Origin: Prosthecobacter sp. | GTDB lineage: Bacteria; Verrucomicrobiota; Verrucomicrobiia; Verrucomicrobiales; Verrucomicrobiaceae | Direction: 5' to 3' | DNA: 64,000 nt | NCBI RefSeq assembly: GCF_029946185.1 | Contig: NZ_JAQSEA010000306.1 | Span: forward strand, 11,044 to 75,043 | Part shown: one piece after another, positions 43,142-50,769 of the stretch | Layout of the letters: the number at the start of each line of letters is the position of its first letter | Numbering within the stretch: position 1 is the stretch's first letter | Notes under the pieces: generated by a model | Seen by the model: only the letters and a program-made list of their open reading frames with translations | What the model was told of the DNA's origin: nothing | Database searches by the model: none | Position numbers and translations under genes: made by a program

Positions 43142-43227
43142 CGCATGCCGAGGTATGCGAGAGGGTGCGGGCGGACCCCTCGTGTGCGCTGGGTGGTTGA
43201 ATGTTCCTCGCATACCTCCGGCATGCG
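43142..43227. repeat. 20/21-nt inverted repeat with 45-nt spacer in the pheA-pbpC divergent intergenic region
   Basis: CGCATGCCGAGGTATGCGAG (43142-43161) versus the reverse complement of CTCGCATACCTCCGGCATGCG (43207-43227). They are identical except for one extra G. Related half-motifs lie near 43046 and 43245. Confidence 0.5.
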
Positions 43228-43423
43228 TCTTTGAAACGGGATCTTCCTCGCATGGCCCGGTGGTTCTCGCTGCACCGCTTTGCGGTTCGCTTCATCACCG
43301 GCTCATTTCTCTGCTTGCTGCCGGGAGCCCATAACACGATTGACCTGCGTGATTGGAGGAGACTGATCTTGTCCATCAAGCACCATGCTCTGGATTTCAG
43401 CGGCATCTCGCGTTGATTGGTGC

Positions 43424-45679
43424 ATGCGTCGGCGCTGGCTTATCTTTTTCACCGTCCTACTCGCTCTAGCAGCAGGTGGCTGGTGGGGTGTGCCGTGGTT
43501 ACTTCCGCTGCCGGAGGCGCTGATGCGGCCGCCGCCGGCATCGATGCTTTACCTCGCGCGTGATGGTACGCCGCTGCGACATTTGCTGGACGAAAACGGT
43601 ACGCGTTCCGCGCCGCCGGTGAAGTATGCGGAGATTCCGCCTACGCTGGTGCATGCGCTGCTGGCGGCGGAGGACAAACGCTTTTTCTCGCATGGCGGCA
43701 TCGACCTCCTCGCGGTGCTGCGTGCAGGTCGGGACAATGCGAGCAGCGGGCACATCGTCTCGGGAGCTTCGACGATTCATCAGCAGCTCATTAAGAACAC
43801 CACACCGCAAGCAGGGAGGCGCACCTTTTGGGTCAAGGTGGTCGAAGCATTGCGCGCCCGTCGCCTCGCGATGTCCTGGAGCCGCGAGGAGGTGCTGGCG
43901 GCGTATGCGAACCGCATTTCGTTTGGCAATCTGATGACCGGGGCTGCTGCGGCTGCGGCTGGGTATTTTCATAAACCGCTGGGCGACCTGACGCCGGCTG
44001 AGTGTGCGCTGCTCGCCGCCCTGCCGCAATCTCCGGCGCGGTTGAACCCGTTTCGTCATTTGGAGGGCGTTCTGCCGAGGCAGCGGCACATTCTGGACAA
44101 GATGCACGAGTTGCACTGGCTTGATGAGGAGCAGCATCGCGTTGCGTTGAGTCAGAAGATCGTGCTGCAACGCTTCAGCGGTGGATTTGAAGCGCCGCAT
44201 GCGATTGAGATGCTGCGGGGTGAAGTGGGTGGCGGGACGATCCGGACGACGCTGGATGCGACACTGCAACAGCAGGTGGAGACGATCATGGCGCAGCGAC
44301 TGGAGGCGCTGAAGGGACGGCATGTGACGCATGCGGCGGTGGTGGTGATCGAAAATACGACGGGGGTGGTGCGAGCGCTGGCGGGATCGCGCGATTTTTT
44401 CGCGAAGGATGGTGGACAGCTTAACGGGGCGTGGGCGCCGCATTCGCCGGGGTCGGCGATGAAGCCGTTCACCTATTTGCTGGCATTTGAGCGCGGGGCG
44501 ACGGCGGCGAGTATTGTGGCGGATCTGCCGGTTGAGTTTGCGACTTCTTCGGGGACGTACCGGCCGGAGAATTTTTCGCTGCGGAGCTATGGACCGATGA
44601 CTTATCGCTATGCGCTGGGCAATTCGCTTAACATCTCGGCGGTGCGGGTGCTGGATTCCATCGGGGGTGCTGAGACGCTGCTGCCGAAACTGCGGGAGCT
44701 GGGGCTGGGTACGCTGACGGAGGATGCGACGCATTACGGGCTGGGGCTCACGATTGGAAATGCTTCGGTGCGGCTGGTCGAACTCGCGAACGCGTATGCG
44801 TGCCTCGCACGGCTGGGAAGGTTCAAGGCGTGGACGCTGCGGCAGGATGGGAAGGCTGGGGCGGAGCGGCGGATTTTGGGTGAGAATGAGAGCTGGCTGA
44901 TCGCGGATATTCTCAGCGACAACCAGGCGCGGGAGATGGCGTTTGGAGGGTGGTCGGTGCTGCGGCTGCCGTTTAAGTGCGCGGTGAAAACGGGCACGAG
45001 TTCCACGTTTCGGGACAACTGGACGCTGGGGTACACGCCTGAGTTTACGGTGGGTGTGTGGGCAGGGAATTTCGACAACACGCCGATGCAGGATGTGAGC
45101 GGTGTGACGGGTGCGGGGCCGATCTTTCGCGATGTGATGATGCATCTGCATGAGAAACATGCCATGAGCTGGTATGCGATGCCGAAGGAGATGGTACGGG
45201 CGCGGATTGACCCTCGCACAGGGAAACGACTGACGCCGCAGTCGCCGCCGGCACGGGTGAGCCGGGAGGAGTTTTTTGCTGCCGGGAGGCTGCCGCCGGT
45301 GGCGCAGGCGGGTGATTACGATGTGCGTGGTCGTGCGATTTTGGCGCGTGAGTATGCGGGGTGGATTGGGAGCAGCGGGAACTGGCTGGGGGATCTGGTC
45401 ACTGCTGGTGATGCGGATGCGAGGCCGGTGCTGCGGATCACGAATCCGATTGCTGGCACGGTGGTGATTCTTGATCCAGACATTCGCAACAGCGGCAGTC
45501 GATTGCTGCTGCAGGCTGCGGGATCGAGCCAGCCGCGATGGAGTTGCAAGACGCTGGAGCTGCGCCATGAGGGGGCCTATACCTTTGCTATTCTCAAGCC
45601 TGGAAGGCATGAGATTGAAGCGTGGGATGAGGCGAGCGGATTGAGTGCGCGGACGTTTGTGATTGTGCAGGAAGAGTAG
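43424..45679 (+). CDS. pbpC: penicillin-binding protein 1C (bifunctional glycosyltransferase/transpeptidase)
   Basis: GT51 motifs 'EDKRFFSHGGID' and 'GASTIHQQLIKN'. TPase motifs 'SAMK', 'SLN' and 'KTGTS'. The C-terminal 'ITNPIAG..VILDPD' beta-sandwich and the roughly 750-aa size fit PbpC. Start moved to ATG 43424. Confidence 0.88.
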   Translation: MRRRWLIFFTVLLALAAGGWWGVPWLLPLPEALMRPPPASMLYLARDGTPLRHLLDENGTRSAPPVKYAEIPPTLVHALLAAEDKRFFSHGGIDLLAVLRAGRDNASSGHIVSGASTIHQQLIKNTTPQAGRRTFWVKVVEALRARRLAMSWSREEVLAAYANRISFGNLMTGAAAAAAGYFHKPLGDLTPAECALLAALPQSPARLNPFRHLEGVLPRQRHILDKMHELHWLDEEQHRVALSQKIVLQRFSGGFEAPHAIEMLRGEVGGGTIRTTLDATLQQQVETIMAQRLEALKGRHVTHAAVVVIENTTGVVRALAGSRDFFAKDGGQLNGAWAPHSPGSAMKPFTYLLAFERGATAASIVADLPVEFATSSGTYRPENFSLRSYGPMTYRYALGNSLNISAVRVLDSIGGAETLLPKLRELGLGTLTEDATHYGLGLTIGNASVRLVELANAYACLARLGRFKAWTLRQDGKAGAERRILGENESWLIADILSDNQAREMAFGGWSVLRLPFKCAVKTGTSSTFRDNWTLGYTPEFTVGVWAGNFDNTPMQDVSGVTGAGPIFRDVMMHLHEKHAMSWYAMPKEMVRARIDPRTGKRLTPQSPPARVSREEFFAAGRLPPVAQAGDYDVRGRAILAREYAGWIGSSGNWLGDLVTAGDADARPVLRITNPIAGTVVILDPDIRNSGSRLLLQAAGSSQPRWSCKTLELRHEGAYTFAILKPGRHEIEAWDEASGLSARTFVIVQEE

Positions 45680-45696
45680 TTATGGAACGCTCGAAA

Positions 45697-45714
45697 GCGG
45701 CGCTGAAGCGCCGC
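45697..45714. terminator. GC hairpin between convergent pbpC and EamA genes
   Basis: GCGGCGC-tgaa-GCGCCGC is a perfect 7-bp stem. A TTTTT run follows at 45737-45741. Confidence 0.3.
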
Positions 45715-45739
45715 ACTCCGGGGACGCTAGCGCGACTTT

Positions 45740-46636
45740 TTACACCACGACCAGCACGATGGCGCTCATCATGAGGAGGGCACCGGCCAGGCGCCAGCGC
45801 ATGACGGCGGGGCCGAGGTGCTGCTCTGCATTCATGAACCAATGGCCGATCATCCACACGAGGGCAACGCTGAGCAGGCCACGTGAGGCATAGACGATGT
45901 TGGCGGAGGTGGCCTTGCCAAAGACGGCGACGGTGCTGACGAAGATGATGCTCTGGGTACCGAGCAGGACTGCTCCGCCTACGAGCCAGGGCCAGGCCTG
46001 CACACGAATGGCGCTGAGCGGTGCGGAAAAACGAAAGACGAGGCCGAAGGAAAGCAGCGCATTGATCCAAAAAATGCAGGGCAGCAGACGGCCGACGCCA
46101 AAATAGGGGCCCCACTTTTGCACCAGCACATCAAACACGGCAAAGGCGACCGCACCGACGCCACCGGCCACGAAGGTGATGAGGAGATTGCGCGGCGGCT
46201 GGCCGGCATCCTTGCGATTGAGGAAGGTGATGCCGAGCACACTCAGAAAGGCGGCGATCCACAGCTTCGCCCCCACGGCTTCTCCAATCAGGAGGGGGGT
46301 GAAGAATGCGACGAGGATGACCTTCAACCCGAAGACAGGCACGGCTACGGAGACATCCCCTTTTTCCAGGGCCAAAAACTGCGAAATCTGACCGACGAAC
46401 AGGCACATGGCGATGACGCCGGGCTTCCAAAGATCCACGACTTCCAACGGCGGGCCACCGAGAAGCCAGAGGAAGGAAAAGAGTCCTGCGACGATCAAAT
46501 TTGCGACAAAGGTGGTGCGCCAGAGACCGACGCCGAGATCGCTGGAGCGTTTCAGCACGAGCGCACCGAAGGCGTACAGGAGGGCGGCGATGAGCGGAAA
46601 AAGCGTGGTGGCGAAGGCTGGGGACACCCGCGCCAT
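45740..46636 (-). CDS. EamA/DMT family transporter
   Basis: About 10 TM helices in two EamA-like halves. Start moved to ATG 46636 ('MARVSPAFATTLFPLIAALLYAFG'). Confidence 0.85.
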   Translation of the reverse strand: MARVSPAFATTLFPLIAALLYAFGALVLKRSSDLGVGLWRTTFVANLIVAGLFSFLWLLGGPPLEVVDLWKPGVIAMCLFVGQISQFLALEKGDVSVAVPVFGLKVILVAFFTPLLIGEAVGAKLWIAAFLSVLGITFLNRKDAGQPPRNLLITFVAGGVGAVAFAVFDVLVQKWGPYFGVGRLLPCIFWINALLSFGLVFRFSAPLSAIRVQAWPWLVGGAVLLGTQSIIFVSTVAVFGKATSANIVYASRGLLSVALVWMIGHWFMNAEQHLGPAVMRWRLAGALLMMSAIVLVVV

Positions 46637-46747
46637 TAACACGCGGGCGCAGGGTAGCAAGCCCGAGGAATTCCAGCGGCATCAGCAGCCACTTGCCACG
46701 CGCGGAGTGCTCGCTAAGCAGAGAATCCCCCTAATTTTAAATTTTCC

Positions 46748-47896
46748 ATGAGCGCCTCTTTCCCCGAACAATCCGTCGCCGTCCTCTTCAGTGGTGGTGA
46801 CTCACCTGGCATGAATGCCTTCCTGCGCGCCATCGTGCGCCTGGGCCTGAACCGTGAAAAAGTCGCCGTGCTCGGCATTCGCGACGGCTACCGCGGTCTC
46901 GTCCGCACGGCGCGTGCCGTGAATGACGACGCGGAAGCCCTGGTGCGCCTGAAAAACGACATCGCCACCCATACCGGCCGTTCGGGATTGATCTCCGAGC
47001 AGCTGCACGTCATCCAAATGGACCACGCCAGCGTGAGCGGCATCATGGGCAAGGGGGGCACCATCCTCGGCTCTGCGCGCTGCCTGGAATTCCACGAGAA
47101 AAAGGTGCGCGACAGCGTGATCAAGCTTCTCAAGAGCCTCAACGTGCGGGCGCTGGTCGTGGTGGGTGGTGATGGCTCGCTGACGGGTGCGCGGCTGCTC
47201 GCAGCAGAAAGCGATCTGCGCGTGATCGGCATTCCTGCCACGATCGATAACGATCTGCAATTCACTGACATGGCGCTGGGCGTGGACACGGCGGTCAACA
47301 CGCTGGTCTGGGCGGTGGATCACTTCATCGACACCGCGCGCAGCCACCGCCGCGTGATGGTGCTGGAAACGATGGGACGTGCGAGCGGAGATCTGGCGCG
47401 CATGGCTGGTCTGGCCTCGGGTGCAGAGATGATCATCACGCCGGAAACGGGCCCGCTGAACGAGGAGGCTATGAAGAAGCTCGCGGCCAAGATCGAAGGC
47501 GCGATGACACGCGGACGCGGCCACGCCATCGTGCTGGTAGCGGAAGGCGTGGAGTTTGACCCGCCGCAGAAGCGCAACCGCGCCTACGTGCTGATGGATG
47601 CCTTCCAGCAGTACTTCCAACGCGCCGGGGCCCCCTTCCCCGACCTCGAGGTGCGCCCTTCGGTGCTGGGCCATTTGCAACGTGGCGGACATACCACGCC
47701 GCAGGACTGCCTGCTGGCCGCACGCTTTGCGGATTGCGCCTGGAGCAGCATTCAGAAGCCCGACGGCGGCAGCGGCATCACGGTGCTGCGCAAGAACGTT
47801 GTCGAGATTGTTCCTTATGGAGAGCCAGACATGCCGGAACGTGCGGCCTTCTCCCGTGAGATGGAGCGGCTGCATGATGATTTGAGCTCGTGGTAG
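46748..47896 (+). CDS. pfkA: 6-phosphofructokinase (ATP-type GGDGS motif)
   Basis: 'VAVLFSGGDSPGMNA', 'VVVGGDGSLTGA', 'IGIPATIDNDL', 'ETMGRASG' and 'VLGHLQRGG'. Confidence 0.92.
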   Translation: MSASFPEQSVAVLFSGGDSPGMNAFLRAIVRLGLNREKVAVLGIRDGYRGLVRTARAVNDDAEALVRLKNDIATHTGRSGLISEQLHVIQMDHASVSGIMGKGGTILGSARCLEFHEKKVRDSVIKLLKSLNVRALVVVGGDGSLTGARLLAAESDLRVIGIPATIDNDLQFTDMALGVDTAVNTLVWAVDHFIDTARSHRRVMVLETMGRASGDLARMAGLASGAEMIITPETGPLNEEAMKKLAAKIEGAMTRGRGHAIVLVAEGVEFDPPQKRNRAYVLMDAFQQYFQRAGAPFPDLEVRPSVLGHLQRGGHTTPQDCLLAARFADCAWSSIQKPDGGSGITVLRKNVVEIVPYGEPDMPERAAFSREMERLHDDLSSW

Positions 47897-47912
47897 GAGC
47901 GGGGAGGGACTG

Positions 47913-47990
47913 TCAAGGGATGGTCAAGAGGTCAAAGCTGGATCAAGAGGGGGCTGACGGCACCTCTTGACGACTTCTTGAGCTACTTGA
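47913..47990. repeat. cluster of TCAAG / CTTGA pentamer repeats forming hairpin(s) between convergent genes
   Basis: Four direct TCAAG-like units start at 47913, 47924, 47932 (TCAAAG) and 47943. Three inverted CTTGA units start at 47966, 47977 and 47986. The core stem is TCAAGAGG (47943-47950) / CCTCTTGA (47963-47970). Confidence 0.5.
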
Positions 47991-48002
47991 CTGGGTTGTT
48001 CG

Positions 48003-48389
48003 TCAGTTCGAGTGATTGACCACGGTTATAGGCCCGTGAAAACCAAAGGCCACGTCCATTGCCTGCAACGCAGCGTACGGCCAGAGGCACACGGTCACGA
48101 CAGTCAGACCCACGGTGATTTTTGCATCAGCAGATCGTATCAACGGGATGCCTTGATGAGATCCAGAATGCAAGCTGACCCATACTGCCCAAAGCAACGG
48201 AATCAAAAATGCCCAGAGGCCGGTTTTGAACACGAATGCCGCGTAGTTTGGCAAGGCATCCAGCATCAAATTCGGCGGCTCGATTTTCTCCATCCAGCGC
48301 ACCATTTTGCGTGTGAGGGCATAGCCGATCCCGATGAACAGGCACTGCACCAAAAGAAGCACGCTGATGGCCTTGGGTGGAAAATTCAT
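48003..48389 (-). CDS. hypothetical membrane protein
   Basis: 128-aa ORF with four hydrophobic segments. No family was recognised. It is somewhat AT-richer than its surroundings. Confidence 0.5.
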   Translation of the reverse strand: MNFPPKAISVLLLVQCLFIGIGYALTRKMVRWMEKIEPPNLMLDALPNYAAFVFKTGLWAFLIPLLWAVWVSLHSGSHQGIPLIRSADAKITVGLTVVTVCLWPYAALQAMDVAFGFHGPITVVNHSN

Positions 48390-48405
48390 GGCAGGACCGA
48401 TTGTA

Positions 48406-49500
48406 TCAATTTTTCACCCAGCGATCCAGCCATTTCAGGGTCTGCTCCCACATCTCAGGGAGATAGACGTGGCCGACGTCGGGATAGAGGGTGTTTTCGA
48501 AATAGGATGGCGTTTCTTTGCCATGCAGTGCGTAGATTTGGCTGACGATTTCGCCGATGTGATGCACGCCGTCGGTGGGGGAGCCGCTGTCTTGGTCTCC
48601 GGTCATGAAGAGCATGGGGCGTGGTGCTGCGAGGGCGATGATGGCTTCGGTGTCGAAGTGTTTGAGCATGCCGGGGACGAAGTAGTAGATGCCGTGGGCT
48701 TTGAGCATGCTGGCGCGGATGAGTTCTTCGTAGCGGGTCATGCAGCCGACGCAAACGGCGGCACGCGGACGGTCATCGAGCGCCATGATCCACCAACTGC
48801 GGGTGGAGCCCATGCTGATGCCGGTGACGCCGATGCGGTGTGCGTCCACCTCGGGGAGTGAGCAGAGGTAATCGAGGGCGGTGAGGTCATCTCGAAGCAT
48901 CATGCCCCAAAGGGTGCGACCGACCCAGAGATTGAATTTGGCGGCGGTCATCTCGCCCGCGCTGCCTAGCTGCTGCGGGCCGTCGGGGCCGTGTCCGTTG
49001 CGTTCTCCAAAGCAGGGCGCGTCGATGCCGAGGACGATGTAACCTGCTTCTGCCAAAGCGGGACCTGCGGCCACGGGGGTGGCATTGGTCTGCAGGAGTT
49101 CTTGTTTGCCGCTGTCATACTGGCCGCCGTGCCAGTGGCAGTAGAGGATAGCGGGAGCTTTGTTTTGTGGCGTGGCGTGCTTCGGGATGAAGACATAGCC
49201 TTTCACAATTTCGCCCGCGCCGTCGTCGAACTGAATCGTCTCTAGGGTGTAGCTGCCTTTGTCTTCACGGCTGATCACTTGGAAGGCAGTGGTCGGTGGG
49301 CGGGGCGGGAGATCGCCGAGGAGTTCGTTCAGCTTTGCGCGGATTTCGGTACGCTGCTGCTGCCATGCTTCTAGAGAGGCAGGCACCTGCAAGGGCGTGG
49401 CGATTTTTGCTCTCGCCAGCCAGGCATCGGCGGTAGCATTGGGTTCGGCGGCTTGCATGGAGGTGAGGACGAGAGTGAGGCAAACAGCGGTGGTACGCAT
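48406..49500 (-). CDS. secreted alpha/beta hydrolase (acetyl-xylan-esterase / dienelactone-hydrolase-like)
   Basis: Signal peptide. 'IGVTGISMGSTRSWW' provides the GxSxG motif. The C-terminal 'DVGHVY' provides the His. The architecture resembles AXE1/DLH-type esterases. Confidence 0.8.
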   Translation of the reverse strand: MRTTAVCLTLVLTSMQAAEPNATADAWLARAKIATPLQVPASLEAWQQQRTEIRAKLNELLGDLPPRPPTTAFQVISREDKGSYTLETIQFDDGAGEIVKGYVFIPKHATPQNKAPAILYCHWHGGQYDSGKQELLQTNATPVAAGPALAEAGYIVLGIDAPCFGERNGHGPDGPQQLGSAGEMTAAKFNLWVGRTLWGMMLRDDLTALDYLCSLPEVDAHRIGVTGISMGSTRSWWIMALDDRPRAAVCVGCMTRYEELIRASMLKAHGIYYFVPGMLKHFDTEAIIALAAPRPMLFMTGDQDSGSPTDGVHHIGEIVSQIYALHGKETPSYFENTLYPDVGHVYLPEMWEQTLKWLDRWVKN

Positions 49501-49567
49501 CCGCTGGTTCTATCAGGTCGGGAATTTTGACGCAACATGGATGCATGGGATGCGTTCACAACGGCCC

Positions 49568-50293
49568 ATGAAACATGCTTCCCTGCTCACCCTGACGCTC
49601 GCTCTCGCCGCCTTTGCTGCTCGTGCCGAGGACAAGCCGCTGCTCGCCATCCCTGGCAAGGTCATCTATGAAAACAATCTCAGTTCCGGTACCGGCGCGC
49701 CGTGGAAGGCTGCCAAGGGTAAGTGGGAGGCGGTGGACGGTGTGCTGCGCGGCTCTGAGCTGGCGGCGGACAAGCATGGCGCGGTGACACGTCTGCCCAA
49801 CAAGCTGAAGGACTTTGTGGTTGAGTATGAGTTCAAGTTTTCGGGCGCGAAGAGCACAAGCCTGTCCATCAACGCGATCAAGGATCACATGGCGCGCATC
49901 AGCATCACGCCGAAGTCGGTGGCGATTCAACGGGATGACAATGACCATGAAGGCCCGGACAAGGCGGTGGTGTTTGCGCGCTTTACCACGGAGATCGGCG
50001 AAGGCTGGCACAAGGTGCGTCTGGAAATGGTGGGCGATAAAATGCTGGGCAAGGTGGACGACCTGGTCGCATGGGGAGCCAGTGAGCTTTTCCTGACCGA
50101 GAAAGCCAGCCCCGGCTTTACCGTGAGCGGGCAGTCGGTGGACTTCCGTAATTTCTCGATGCACGAAGCCACGCTGAATCCTGCTTGGGAAGAGGTAAAG
50201 GGCACCCTGCCGAAGCCCGGCGAAAAGGTGGCTGCTGCTGCCAAGCCAGCTGGCAAAGGCGCGGCGAAGGGAAAGAAGAAGAAGGCTGAATAA
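49568..50293 (+). CDS. secreted DUF1080-like (concanavalin-like) domain protein with Lys-rich tail
   Basis: In-frame ATG at 49568 ('MKHASLLTLTLALAAFAARA') within track ORF 49259..50293. 'GKWEAVDGVLRGSE', 'LKDFVVEYEFKFSG' and 'VDFRNFSMHEA' are present. The tail is 'AAKPAGKGAAKGKKKKAE'. Confidence 0.7.
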   Translation: MKHASLLTLTLALAAFAARAEDKPLLAIPGKVIYENNLSSGTGAPWKAAKGKWEAVDGVLRGSELAADKHGAVTRLPNKLKDFVVEYEFKFSGAKSTSLSINAIKDHMARISITPKSVAIQRDDNDHEGPDKAVVFARFTTEIGEGWHKVRLEMVGDKMLGKVDDLVAWGASELFLTEKASPGFTVSGQSVDFRNFSMHEATLNPAWEEVKGTLPKPGEKVAAAAKPAGKGAAKGKKKKAE

Positions 50294-50337
50294 GGGCAGT
50301 GGATTGACTTTACCATGCGCCCTCGTTAAAAAGGCGC

Positions 50338-50769
50338 ATGGCATTTCCCATTCGTTCCCCTCGTGATCTGGTCGGCGGCATCGCCGTGTTTGGCCGCATC
50401 CTCGATAAAATCCGTCTCAACGCCAAGGAAGGCCAATTGCCTGAAGGTTATCATCTGGGCTATCTGACGGGGAGCCGCACCTTTGATGAGCGTGTGTGCA
50501 AATTTCTCGGCGTGGATTTCTATGAACTGTCTGGACGCACGCTCGCAGGCGGCACCGATGAAGAGATCCTGGAGTGGTGCTGCCTGACCGGCAACCGACC
50601 TACCGCAGAGCAGATTGAGATCTGGAACGGCTTCATGCACAAGCGTGGCTGGCGGGATGCGGCGTCCGAAGGACTCGTCAAACAGCGTGCAGAAGCCGGG
50701 CTCGGGCACCGTGAAGACTTGGTGACGTTCTTTGATGTGATGGATGTCGAAGAAGGCCGTGCGCCCTGA
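50338..50769 (+). CDS. small conserved hypothetical protein (DUF5069-like by recollection)
   Basis: 143 aa. 'PRSPRDLVGGIAVFGRILDKIRL' and 'LGYLTGSRTFDERVCKFLGVDF' resemble a PVC-enriched DUF. This was not verified. Confidence 0.6.
   Translation: MAFPIRSPRDLVGGIAVFGRILDKIRLNAKEGQLPEGYHLGYLTGSRTFDERVCKFLGVDFYELSGRTLAGGTDEEILEWCCLTGNRPTAEQIEIWNGFMHKRGWRDAASEGLVKQRAEAGLGHREDLVTFFDVMDVEEGRAP

Noticed and set aside
43101-43334. Small ORFs in the pheA-pbpC spacer (43101..43334 +, 43201..43416 +, 43093..43275 -, 43005..43406 -), including the idea of a pheA leader peptide.
   Set aside because: None shows a Phe-codon run or a coding-like composition. The repeats there look like DNA or RNA structure rather than protein.
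43424-45679. pbpC without an adjacent alpha-2-macroglobulin (yfhM-like) gene.
   Set aside because: The linkage is common but not universal, and the partner could be elsewhere. There is nothing in the sequence to pursue.
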